36,595 nt of DNA. It comes from a virus (lineage: Duplodnaviria; Caudoviricetes). Shown here one piece after another: positions 8,890 to 17,887 of the stretch. The notes beneath the pieces are model-generated. The model worked only from the letters and a program-made list of their open reading frames with translations. It ran no database searches and was not told where the DNA came from. Where the stretch lies: the IMG/VR virus record IMGVR_UViG_3300020598_000096, positions 1-36,595 of that record; one strand, given 5' to 3'. Position numbers and translations under genes: made by a program. Positions within the stretch are counted from its first letter, which is position 1, and every line of letters begins with the position of its first letter.

Positions 8890-8980
8890 ATACAGCAATG
8901 AGTTTTCCTTCCTTTCCTTGTTGCTGTATTTTTAAAGTCGCCTGCGAAGAGTTTTAGGGTTTCTCTTCGCAGGCATTTTT
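8890..8980 (+). ncRNA. Candidate two-hairpin sRNA or attenuating leader with an anti-SD loop
   Basis: Stem ATACAGCAA/TTGCTGTAT enclosing TTTTCCTTCCTTTCC, then 12-bp stem GCCTGCGAAGAG/CTCTTCGCAGGC followed by ATTTTT; possible -35 (CTTGCA) at 8862. Confidence 0.45.
8940..8980 (+). terminator. Intrinsic terminator upstream of the gpZ-like gene
   Basis: Perfect 12-bp stem 8940-8951/8963-8974 plus T tract. Confidence 0.7.
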
Positions 8981-8995
8981 AAAAGTGAGAGTTCT

Positions 8996-9778
8996 ATGAA
9001 GTTTGACGTCCAATTTGACGAACGTGCATTGCAGAAAACCCTGTCTTCCATCCAGCGTGACGTCCTCCCTAAAGCCGCCGCAGGCTTTCTGAACGGGATC
9101 GCTTTCGAAGCTCAGAAAGCCCTTAAAGACCACACCGCCGAAGCTTTCGATGGTCATGTAAAATTTACCGAGAGGGCGTGGAAGGTGGAGAAAGCGAAGC
9201 CAAACGCGGCGCCGACGTCCATGTTTTCGGAAGTCCGTGCTCAGCCTGCACAAGCGGCTTATCTTCGTTTCCAGATCGATGGCGGCGTCCGCAAGACAGG
9301 TGACGCTGGTTCAGCCAGACATGGCCTATTCGTTTTCGGCGCGAAGAAGAACAAGGCTGGCAACATTAGGTGGGGCTACCAGAAACAGCTCACGAAACAG
9401 CTCGGTGAAGAGCGTTCAAAGCGGAAGGAGATGCGGTCAAAGAGAGTCGCCGCGAGGGCTGCTGGCGAACGAACGTCTCCGTTTGCGTATTTCCGTGCTG
9501 TTAGGATCCGTCCTGGCATCTTCTTTGGCGATGTCGGCGGCTCGCTCGGCTACTGGCAGCGTCCGAAGCGGTCGAAAGCGGCTCGCAGGCGCATCCCAGG
9601 CATTATTTCGGTGCGTCCGACTGAGAAACTGAAGCCGCTGCTGTCGGTAGCGGATCGCGCTCGGTACAAGCCGAGATATCTATACCAGAAGCAGATATCT
9701 AAGGCGCTCAGCCTGAGGGCTAATCAGGCGTCGTTTGCGCACGAGCTGGACAGACAGCTCAGGAAGAGCGGGCGGTGA
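8996..9778 (+). CDS. Basic tail-completion / minor tail protein (lambda gpZ or HK97 gp10-like)
   Basis: 260 aa, very basic; LPKAAAGFLNGIAFEA and YLRFQIDGGVR segments; lies upstream of the terminase genes. Confidence 0.6.
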   Translation: MKFDVQFDERALQKTLSSIQRDVLPKAAAGFLNGIAFEAQKALKDHTAEAFDGHVKFTERAWKVEKAKPNAAPTSMFSEVRAQPAQAAYLRFQIDGGVRKTGDAGSARHGLFVFGAKKNKAGNIRWGYQKQLTKQLGEERSKRKEMRSKRVAARAAGERTSPFAYFRAVRIRPGIFFGDVGGSLGYWQRPKRSKAARRRIPGIISVRPTEKLKPLLSVADRARYKPRYLYQKQISKALSLRANQASFAHELDRQLRKSGR

Positions 9779-9795
9779 CGGCATCAGCTCGCAGC

Positions 9796-10419
9796 TCAGA
9801 ACAGTGCGAGAAAAGCCTCCCAAGTGTTCTCTGCTGCCAGACCGCCCAAAAAACCTGCAACTCCCCAACCCCATTTCCAAACGGACGCCCGCTGGAAACC
9901 TTGTGCAGTCCCTTTAGCTTTGAAGATGCGTATCCATTGGTACCAAAGCCATTGTCTCCAAGACGCTTGTAGTCCTTCGCTGGTGAGGTAGTGGTAGTCG
10001 ACCAACCTCTTCAGATCGGCGTCCAATCTGCTACGGAGCTGATGCCCTGTGAACCGACCATGTCTGAGAAACACATGCTTCTCATGGGTCGACATCAAAG
10101 CCGATGTGCAAGGGTACAGCACTATAGCAACCGGGCCAAATGCGGAGAGAGAATATAAGAGCTTGGATCCATTTTCCAGAATTGGCTGACCTTGGATATT
10201 GGGATAGCTGAGTCCTCGTTTTCCGAATCCAATTTCTATCGTATCTGAATCAGCTAGGCGGCAAATGAAGTTGGTCAGTGGGATGACGTCGTTCGCGAGA
10301 GGGTTCCTATTTACGATCTCCATAATGAGGTCCTTCGTCGCGTACTCGCGGAAGTATTCGAACTCCATCTTCGAAGCTCGTCTGATGTGTTCGGCTTTGA
10401 CATAGGGAAACCGGTCCAT
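9796..10419 (-). CDS. Hypothetical moron protein with a hydrophobic C-terminal segment
   Basis: 207 aa; GAGGG RBS; C-terminal WKWGWGVAGFLGGLAA. Confidence 0.7.
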   Translation of the reverse strand: MDRFPYVKAEHIRRASKMEFEYFREYATKDLIMEIVNRNPLANDVIPLTNFICRLADSDTIEIGFGKRGLSYPNIQGQPILENGSKLLYSLSAFGPVAIVLYPCTSALMSTHEKHVFLRHGRFTGHQLRSRLDADLKRLVDYHYLTSEGLQASWRQWLWYQWIRIFKAKGTAQGFQRASVWKWGWGVAGFLGGLAAENTWEAFLALF

Positions 10420-10462
10420 CAGGGCTAGCGTACCCTCTCTTTGTTCCTAATGGCATTCACCC

Positions 10463-11413
10463 TTACATGTCCCCGGTCTGGAAGAACTGCCTGACTTTCA
10501 TCATGAAGGTCTTGAAATCCTTATTCTCATTGGCAAGTCGGCTGCACATCGGCCACTCAATATCTGGCTTCTCACGAGCTGGGACTAGTATCTCGCTTTC
10601 GACAGGATTTTCCTCATCGAGACGGATAAGGCCGATGCCGTGCATAGCGTATAGAATCCGCAACTCCTTGAGCGTCTCCGCGCCTTCGAAGTTTGCTGCA
10701 ACCAGATAGCCGAAATTTGCCCAAGACGAGTTAGACACGGCTTGGAAATATGTCTCGCGGGCGTTTGACCGGTTGATCAAAAGCTTTACTTCAAAGGACC
10801 ACAGCCGGATTTGCCGATCCCTGCTTTCCCGCACGGCCGTTATCACTTCTGGGTGAAGGCCTGTTGTCAGGTTCTCCATGCCAACGACGTCGGGAAACAG
10901 CCACTTGTTTCCACCCGAGCCATAAGCATTCGATGACCTTTTCTCATCGATCCTAAAGCCCCGAACGTTGTGCTCGGCTTCGAGGAACTCAATGAGCATC
11001 GGGTAGAGATCGTGTTCTGAGCGTCGGGGTGTGACCTTTTCGACTTGTTTTGGAGCATCACGCTCGGCAACATCAATATCGACTTCTATATGCCCGCTGC
11101 CGCCGCTCTCAACTTCCTCCACTTCCTGGCGTTCAGTCTTCTCCGTCCAGTAGAAGAGGCGAGGGCGGACACCCTCCGTTGTGCGAAGTTGCGGCATCTG
11201 CCGCTGCCATTGCGGGCGGTTTGCGCCTATCTCAGCGACGATCTGGTTGAGCAGTTGCGTATGATTGTGAAGGGATGCACTCTTCTCAAGCTTTGCTGCG
11301 GACGCCTCGGGATATGTCTCGGTAATCCACACTGCTATGTCGCGGGCTTTGTATCGCTTGCCGGGGTTTGCGGACAACAGCTCAACCACGCGTTTTCTTA
11401 AATCGAATTTCAT
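10463..11413 (-). CDS. HrgA-like (COG2958-type) PD-(D/E)xK nuclease with N-terminal winged helix
   Basis: SEHDLYP, WLFPDVVG, WSFEVK, YFQAVSNSSWANFGYLVA motifs; alternative GTG start at 11425. Confidence 0.75.
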   Translation of the reverse strand: MKFDLRKRVVELLSANPGKRYKARDIAVWITETYPEASAAKLEKSASLHNHTQLLNQIVAEIGANRPQWQRQMPQLRTTEGVRPRLFYWTEKTERQEVEEVESGGSGHIEVDIDVAERDAPKQVEKVTPRRSEHDLYPMLIEFLEAEHNVRGFRIDEKRSSNAYGSGGNKWLFPDVVGMENLTTGLHPEVITAVRESRDRQIRLWSFEVKLLINRSNARETYFQAVSNSSWANFGYLVAANFEGAETLKELRILYAMHGIGLIRLDEENPVESEILVPAREKPDIEWPMCSRLANENKDFKTFMMKVRQFFQTGDM

Positions 11414-11440
11414 AGAAGCCGTCACCAGTGTTACAACCCG

Positions 11441-11783
11441 TCAGCAAACTTTCCGCCATAGAGCGTCGAAATCGCTGACTTCGCTTGCCATGTAGACGCC
11501 TAAAGTAGCACCCATCCCGATATATCGCTCAGCACCTGAGTAACCGCCGAAGCTGTTTCTGGCATTCACGGTGCCGCATACGACTGGACCACCAGATTTG
11601 TAGGAAACATAGTCGTTCGCGAACTTCGCGCTGTCTGGATCCTTTAACTTTTGCTTTAGCAGCCTTTGGTTGTTGCAGATCCAAACGAATTCTTGGCTGC
11701 TCGAAAGTTTCTCGACCGTGGTCTCGCCATGCAGCGGATACCATGGTTCCTAGCATGGCGATTACGCCAAACGCGATAAGCAT
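11441..11783 (-). pseudogene. Frameshifted exported (lipo)protein gene
   Basis: Signal-like MLIAFGVIAMLGTMVSAA from ATG 11783; a different frame continues GETTVEKL...KLKDPDSAKF...VVCGTVNARNSFGGYSG...WRKVC to a stop at 11441; shift near 11730. Confidence 0.7.
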
Positions 11784-11925
11784 CTATCACCCACCCGACT
11801 TACTAACCCTACGTCTATTTGCCACAGAGATCGGCCATTTACTACTACGTTGTCGAAATCGAAGTGGGCGTCTGCGACAACGCCTGGATCCAAGATTGCC
11901 GAGCAGTCCTTCGAAAAAGTTGACC

Positions 11926-11980
11926 GGGGACCCTGTAAGTTCTTGGTTCAATGCGGGTAATTGGCGACAGCACCCTGTCG
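11926..11980 (+). other. Candidate cos packaging site
   Basis: GGGACCCT (cf. lambda cosQ GGGTCCT), then GCGGGTAATTGGCGAC and inverted repeat CGACAG-CACC-CTGTCG, about 130 bp upstream of terS. Confidence 0.5.
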
Positions 11981-12109
11981 GTCTTTCCGAAAATTTTTTT
12001 ATCCAGTCATCATCAGCACCCCCGACTAGCTCAGTCACCCCACTCTGGAATCTTGCAGACGCTCGATGCCCAATGAATTCAACAAGTTTTGAGTTCAAAG
12101 GGAGCGGCG

Positions 12110-12724
12110 ATGACTACGAAGACGCCAAAAAAGAGGGTGCTGAAAACTGGCGACGAGAACACCGCGATGTCCAGCACAGAGCGTAACATCTCATCAGCAC
12201 GCCGCGCAGCAGCGAAAAAGCGCTATGTGTCCTTGGCAGAACTCGCGAGCTTTCTCGAACGGGACCGGAATACCGTCGCTAAATGGCCGGATGCCGGACT
12301 TCCATATGTCGAAAAAGCGGATCGAGATCTCGGAAAACCCTGGATTTTCGACACGGCTGAAGTCGTCCGCTGGCTTGAAAAGAGAGCCGCCGACACCACT
12401 GCTGAGAAGCTCGGCAACATAGCTATCGATGGTCGGACGTCAGAAGAGGAAGCGAAGAGACGTCGCGCTGTAGCGGCCGCTATTATCACAGAGCTGGAAG
12501 CCGCAGAGGCGGTCCGAACGGTTGTCCGTGTCTCTCATGTCATCGAGAAAATCGCGGCTGATTATGCTGAAATCCGCAGCCGCCTTATGTCATTACCGGA
12601 CGCTATAGCTGGCCGTGTTGAGGCTGGTGTCGCTCAGAAAGTTCGCGAAATCGCTGATGAGCAAGTCCGCACCGCATTGAAAGCCTTACGCGTAGATCGG
12701 GATTTTGAGCAAGCTGAGGTCTAA
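12110..12724 (+). CDS. terS: Terminase small subunit (Nu1-like)
   Basis: Winged-helix ELASFLERDRNTVAKWPDAGLP...FDTAEVVRWL plus coiled coil; GGAG RBS before ATG 12110. Confidence 0.9.
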   Translation: MTTKTPKKRVLKTGDENTAMSSTERNISSARRAAAKKRYVSLAELASFLERDRNTVAKWPDAGLPYVEKADRDLGKPWIFDTAEVVRWLEKRAADTTAEKLGNIAIDGRTSEEEAKRRRAVAAAIITELEAAEAVRTVVRVSHVIEKIAADYAEIRSRLMSLPDAIAGRVEAGVAQKVREIADEQVRTALKALRVDRDFEQAEV

Positions 12725-12729
12725 TCAGC

Positions 12730-14841
12730 ATGTTTGACGAGGCGCTGGACGTCAGTTTTGATCATCTAGATCTGTCGGAAGCCGCCTTCGCTTTCGACAA
12801 CGCTATCGCTGATCTGCGCAATACGACGCTCCAGATCCCACCATTCAAAGATCCAGTTGAATGGATTTTCGACAACATTGAGTTGCCGAAACAGGCCACT
12901 TTTAGACCCGGAAACATGCGCCTCAACGGCTTCCAGCGTCCAGTAGCGCTTGATGCTCTCGACCCCGAAGTTGACCAGATCACTGTGCTGAAAGGCGTGC
13001 AGGTCGGTTGGTCCAGCTTTCTGAAAGCGATGCTATTCTACGGCATCAGCTATCTGGCGTTGAAAGCCATCCTCACCCAGCCCACCGACGACGATGCCAA
13101 GGGCTATTATAAGGACCAAATCGAACCGCATTTTGGCGACGTCCTTGCTGGCATCAGACGGTCACCAGCACGCGGTGAGGTGCAAGACACCTGGGACGAA
13201 CACCGCTTCAACAACGGGGCTCAGCTGTATTTTCGTGGTGCTGCTTCTGATGATGCCTTTCGAAGGATCAGCGCCCAGTGGATGATGGCTGACGAAGTCG
13301 ATGCTGAGGCATGGCAGCCGAGGTCAGAAAAGAAGGCTCAAGCCGATAAACTAGCCCTCTACCGAGATCGCGGCACAGCTTTCATCGACAGTAAATTGTG
13401 GGTCGGCTCGACACCTCTCTCACGCGAAACGTCGCTCGTATGGCGGGAATGGAGCCTGTCGGATCAGCGCCGTCTTCATATCGCATGCCCGCATTGCGGC
13501 ACCGTCCAGTATCTGAAATGGGGGTCGCCAAAAACTGATTATGGCTTCCGCTGGACGGTGAACGAACACGGCCATGTGACTGAGGCGTGGTATCAATGTG
13601 AAGGCGAGGGATGCCGCATCAATGAGCACCACAAAGAAGACATGGTGGAAGCGGGCGAGTTCATCCCGACAGCGATCCCGAATAGACCCGGACATAGGGG
13701 ATACCACTGGCCTGCTTGGCATTCCTCTGCACCGAAAGCGCGGTGGACGATCCTTGCACAGCAGTGGCTCGACGCCCAAGGTGACACCGAACTCCTAAAA
13801 CGGTTCATAAATAACGTGCTCGCCGAGCCATGGGACGACCTCGGCGGCGAAGTCATCGACAGTGACAGCCTGAAATCTCTCCGTATCCCGTACCGTGCTG
13901 AGGTGCCGGATGACGTCGTCGTATTGACCGCTGGTGTCGACACCCAAACAAACAAGGAAGGCTTGAAGGGCGGAGACCACGACCGCATCGCCTCGCGTGA
14001 GATCTCGGTCTTCGGCTGGAATAAGAAGCGCATGCCACGGCTCATTATGCACAAAATCATCGCGGGCGAGCCGGGAGATGCCGATGCCGACGCCGAGCTT
14101 GATGAAATTCTCAACAGACGTTTCCAGAAGGCCGACGGGACGGAACTAAGAATTCAGGCTTCGTCTATCGATCTCGGAGGCGACTATGGCGACCAAGTGA
14201 AAGCTTTCGCGAAGGCGAGGGCGGCTCGAAGAGTATGGGCTATCAAGGGCGCGAACAAGTCTAAGGGCACCAGATCATCGTCAGTTTGGCCGCGCAAAGT
14301 GTCCCGCTCCACGCGCAACGGCAGTACGTGGTACATGGTGGACACGCAGCTTGCGAAAGACGCCATCGGACGCATGCTGGCTATTCGTGGTCCGGGTGCT
14401 GCGACTTTCCCGTCGACGTGTGACGATGCGTATTTCGAAGGCCTGACAGCCGAAAAGCTGCTCATCGACAAAAAAGGAAATAGGCACTGGCAGCGTAAAA
14501 AGACGAGCCAAACGGGGGAAGAATGGGACTGCCTCATCTACGCCTATGCCGCCCTCTGCGGCCTTCAGATGTCCTCAGCATCGTATCGCGACTTGAATCT
14601 TGCAGCGCGCAAGCTGGGAATAGAAGACGTGTTGCCGCCCCACGATCCCGAGACTGGCGAGCTTCTGGATGAACCAGAACTCACCAACGTTCCAGTTAGA
14701 ACAAATAGAAAACGCGAGGCAGCACACCCGCAACGGCATGGTGCCGTGGCTGAGGAAGAGACGTCAACGGTGACGCCCAAACCGAAGCCGAGGCGGAAGA
14801 AAGTAACTGGCGGACGCGTCGTTTCGAGCCGTCGGTGGTGA
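12730..14841 (+). CDS. terL: Terminase large subunit (lambda gpA family)
   Basis: KGVQVGWS Walker A variant, MMADEVD, STP coupling motif, CPHCG zinc motif, LTAGVDTQ and EEWDCLIYA nuclease motifs. Confidence 0.95.
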   Translation: MFDEALDVSFDHLDLSEAAFAFDNAIADLRNTTLQIPPFKDPVEWIFDNIELPKQATFRPGNMRLNGFQRPVALDALDPEVDQITVLKGVQVGWSSFLKAMLFYGISYLALKAILTQPTDDDAKGYYKDQIEPHFGDVLAGIRRSPARGEVQDTWDEHRFNNGAQLYFRGAASDDAFRRISAQWMMADEVDAEAWQPRSEKKAQADKLALYRDRGTAFIDSKLWVGSTPLSRETSLVWREWSLSDQRRLHIACPHCGTVQYLKWGSPKTDYGFRWTVNEHGHVTEAWYQCEGEGCRINEHHKEDMVEAGEFIPTAIPNRPGHRGYHWPAWHSSAPKARWTILAQQWLDAQGDTELLKRFINNVLAEPWDDLGGEVIDSDSLKSLRIPYRAEVPDDVVVLTAGVDTQTNKEGLKGGDHDRIASREISVFGWNKKRMPRLIMHKIIAGEPGDADADAELDEILNRRFQKADGTELRIQASSIDLGGDYGDQVKAFAKARAARRVWAIKGANKSKGTRSSSVWPRKVSRSTRNGSTWYMVDTQLAKDAIGRMLAIRGPGAATFPSTCDDAYFEGLTAEKLLIDKKGNRHWQRKKTSQTGEEWDCLIYAYAALCGLQMSSASYRDLNLAARKLGIEDVLPPHDPETGELLDEPELTNVPVRTNRKREAAHPQRHGAVAEEETSTVTPKPKPRRKKVTGGRVVSSRRW

Positions 14842-14861
14842 GTTTGATTTGGAGATTTTGG

Positions 14862-15104
14862 ATGAGGTTATTTCGATTTTGGACACGCGAGCAATGCACG
14901 GAAGCCATCATTGCACTTGAAGAAGGCCTCGCTTCCGGCGCTCAGAGCATAAGCTATCCAGCTGGCGGTTCACTCTCCTACACGACATTTGAGAATGCCG
15001 AGAAGCTTCTCCGCGCCCTCTATGGTCGCATCGATGATCTCGATGGACGTCGCGGTAAGAAGCCCGTCCGCATCGTCCCATTCATCGTGAAGAGGGGGTA
15101 CTGA
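14862..15104 (+). CDS. Head-tail joining protein (gpW-like)
   Basis: Small ORF between terL and portal; ALEEGLASGAQSISY...Y pattern; GGAGA RBS. Confidence 0.8.
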   Translation: MRLFRFWTREQCTEAIIALEEGLASGAQSISYPAGGSLSYTTFENAEKLLRALYGRIDDLDGRRGKKPVRIVPFIVKRGY

Positions 15105-15105
15105 T

Positions 15106-16644
15106 ATGTCGGTTCAAGCCTCTAGCTCACGCACCTCCAAGCCCGCAGCCAGACGCGTCCGAACGCACGCCAGATCAGTCCGTTCGTCCTCATTCCTATC
15201 TAATGTGTTCAGCGCTGCTAAGAACTTTTTCGAAGCCGCCTCAAACTCAAAATTCATCGAGCAGGCGGTAGACGTCGGACCCAACGGCCATAACAGCGAG
15301 ATCGAGAAAGTGCGGCGTCGTTCGCGCTGGATGTATGCCAACGACTCTTTCTATCGGCAGGCATGCCGACAGGTTGCGAATAACGTCGTGCACTACGGCA
15401 TTAAACCCGTCATTAAGGACAAGGCGCTCTTAAAGCTTTGGAATCGGTGGCAGAAAGAAGCAGACGCGCGCGGACGTCTGGACTTCTATGGCCTGCAGTA
15501 TGTAGCGGGTTTCGTCATCCCGCGTGACGGCGAGGCTCTTGTTCGCTTCCGGGAACGACGTCCAGGTGACATGCGTAGCGGAGTGAATTTCCAGTTACAG
15601 ATGCTCGAAGCCGACCATCTTCCGCTTGCATATACGCAGCAAGCGCCCAACGGACATTGGATCGTGAGTGGCGTCGAGAGAGACCTAATCGAGAGACCGT
15701 CTGCATACTGGATTTACGATTACCATCCAAAGGACTGGCAGGGCACCGGGAAGCAGTCTTTTGAACCCAAGCGCGTGCCAGCGGAAGACGTCTTGCACAT
15801 CTATATGCCGGAACGCCTGAGCGATAGCCGAGGCTATCCGTGGGGCGCATCTGCGCTCAACATTACCGAAAGAATTCGGACGTCTGACGAGGCTCAGGTC
15901 GAGAAACAGTTGACGCAAGCAGGGTTCGCTGGCGCTTTCAAGAAACCTCGCATGGCTGGCGACGAACCAGAGGAGTTCGATGCTGAGACTGATGAAAATG
16001 GCAGTGACTTTGTAGCAATTGAACGCGGAAGTTTTGCAGTCGTGCCTGAGGATTGGGACGTCGAATTCGCGCCCCAGACCACCTCTGATGCGAACTACGG
16101 TGTTTTCCGCCGTGAGCATTTGAGCGGTCTGGCGGTCTCAATGGGCCTTGCCGTCGAGCACATCACCATGAATTTCGAGAAATTGAACGACCGCACCTAT
16201 CGGGCAGTAATGTTGGAGTGCCTTCGCTTCATTGAGAGCGTGCAATACCATGTGTTCGTCAACCAGTTTTGCAAGCCAGTGTGGCGTCGTTTCTTGAGCT
16301 ACGCGGTCCTCCATGGTCTTTGGACGGTGCCAGAAGGGGAGGAGCTTGATGACCTATTTGAGGTCGAATGGATGACGCCAGCGCGTGGTCATATCCATCC
16401 GCTTCAAGAGATCACGGCTTTCTCAGAAGCAGTCAAAAATGGCTTCACCAGCCGCAAGCGGGTTGCCGCTTCTTTCGGTGAAGACGTCGAAGATATTGAT
16501 CTCGAAAACAGCGAGGATCAGACGAGAGCCAAGTTGTTGAAGCTGCTTTATCCGATATACGAGAAGCTGATGTCAGACGAAGAGCGGAAGCAGATTCTGG
16601 CGGCATATGATGCAGAGCCAGAAAAGCCTGAATTCGTGAATTGA
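15106..16644 (+). CDS. Portal protein (lambda family)
   Basis: RRRSRWMYAND, DGEALVR, LQMLEADHL, VLHIY...RGYP, IHPLQE motifs. Confidence 0.95.
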   Translation: MSVQASSSRTSKPAARRVRTHARSVRSSSFLSNVFSAAKNFFEAASNSKFIEQAVDVGPNGHNSEIEKVRRRSRWMYANDSFYRQACRQVANNVVHYGIKPVIKDKALLKLWNRWQKEADARGRLDFYGLQYVAGFVIPRDGEALVRFRERRPGDMRSGVNFQLQMLEADHLPLAYTQQAPNGHWIVSGVERDLIERPSAYWIYDYHPKDWQGTGKQSFEPKRVPAEDVLHIYMPERLSDSRGYPWGASALNITERIRTSDEAQVEKQLTQAGFAGAFKKPRMAGDEPEEFDAETDENGSDFVAIERGSFAVVPEDWDVEFAPQTTSDANYGVFRREHLSGLAVSMGLAVEHITMNFEKLNDRTYRAVMLECLRFIESVQYHVFVNQFCKPVWRRFLSYAVLHGLWTVPEGEELDDLFEVEWMTPARGHIHPLQEITAFSEAVKNGFTSRKRVAASFGEDVEDIDLENSEDQTRAKLLKLLYPIYEKLMSDEERKQILAAYDAEPEKPEFVN

Positions 16645-16709
16645 TCAAAGGAAGGCTGACGATATCGTCAGTCCTGGACGACGCGTGGACAGCTCGACGG
16701 TTCTTCCGG

Positions 16710-17159
16710 CTAAAGTGTCGATGCCATACGGCGCATGGATGATATCTGATTGTCCAGGCCCGTTTCAATTTCTTTCACAATCTGTCCTAAAACTAAATCA
16801 GAACAATTGCTTGACAAAAGTCGCGTAGATGCTGATGCATGTCCTTGCGCAAACCTTGTCTCTGTCTCGGGATCAGAAAGGTGTTTTTCGATCACCTCTT
16901 TATATTTTTCGTAGGCCTTTCCATAAGCGTCACGAATGCTCTGTTTGAAGTTCTCTACAGTTGCCTCTGGGTCTTCGGTTTTACGGCATTTTGCGACGGC
17001 TTGGCGACTGCCCCAGAGTGTCGCCCCGTATTTTCCGGTATTGTATATTGATTGCACTACGTTGAGGTTGCGCCGTTCTTGTGCGAGGCCCTGCGCGCCA
17101 GCCAAGGAAGTAGCGGCAACAGAGCATAAAACTGAGAGCGCAGTGAGGGAATTCCTCAT
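16710..17159 (-). CDS. Exported hypothetical protein (moron)
   Basis: Signal peptide MRNSLTALSVLCSVAATSLAGA; two Cys in the mature part; ATGA overlap with the upstream gene, GGAGG RBS. Confidence 0.75.
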   Translation of the reverse strand: MRNSLTALSVLCSVAATSLAGAQGLAQERRNLNVVQSIYNTGKYGATLWGSRQAVAKCRKTEDPEATVENFKQSIRDAYGKAYEKYKEVIEKHLSDPETETRFAQGHASASTRLLSSNCSDLVLGQIVKEIETGLDNQISSMRRMASTL

Positions 17160-17707
17160 TGTGCAGCCCTCCGAGTGTCGAGTTTTGGCCAATTAGCAGG
17201 TCGTGGTGCCGTCGTTCCAGATGCGCATTCCCCAGCATAATCGGGCTGCCCGCGCCCCCAACGACCGCGAACTTGCATGTCGTACAACCTACCTTCTGCT
17301 TGTTTGATCGCCTCACACTCGCATTGCTCGTTCCGGACTTTCTCTTCAACGTTGTACAGGCGATCCACGCAAAGACGCTTATTTCGGGCGATAATCCCTT
17401 CAGGGTTCGGGCACTCGAACCGAAGGTCATCCATCGCGTTGTGATATGATACGTTGGGATCGGTTGTCAGCCGTATCTCCACGAATCTTCCTGTAATGCA
17501 CGCGCAATCATGTTCGGCGGCAAATATGTGATTAGACGCGCAGTACCCCTGAAGTGCTTGAGTATCAGCTTCCAGCTTTTTTTTTGCTTCGGGCTCCATT
17601 GCTACATAGAGTGCTTCAACTTCTGTAGATAACGTCAAATCTTGCGCAGATGCCAGGACACTAGAGAATGCGAAGAAAAATCCTCCAACCGCGATCTTCA
17701 ACTTCAT
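17156..17707 (-). CDS. Exported cysteine-rich hypothetical protein (moron)
   Basis: Signal peptide ending VLASA; 8 Cys including two C...CxC units; GGAGAG RBS. Confidence 0.75.
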   Translation of the reverse strand: MKLKIAVGGFFFAFSSVLASAQDLTLSTEVEALYVAMEPEAKKKLEADTQALQGYCASNHIFAAEHDCACITGRFVEIRLTTDPNVSYHNAMDDLRFECPNPEGIIARNKRLCVDRLYNVEEKVRNEQCECEAIKQAEGRLYDMQVRGRWGRGQPDYAGECASGTTAPRPANWPKLDTRRAAQ

Positions 17708-17887
17708 CACGTTCTCTCCATCTCTTTATCAATTCACATTACTGAACCAGCGGAGGCCTCAGTCGGCAATTTACCTTTTAGGATAAGCGTACGCACGTAT
17801 CGCCGATTATCCTTTCGCGAATTCGCACTTAAATCTTGCAGACCCCGGCCACATCATCATCCGAGACAACGACTTCTGGGACGATAG

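Noticed and set aside
11743-12186. 147 aa ORF upstream of terS
   Set aside because: Overlaps the cos-like site, the pseudogene start and terS in another frame; no HNH or other motif.
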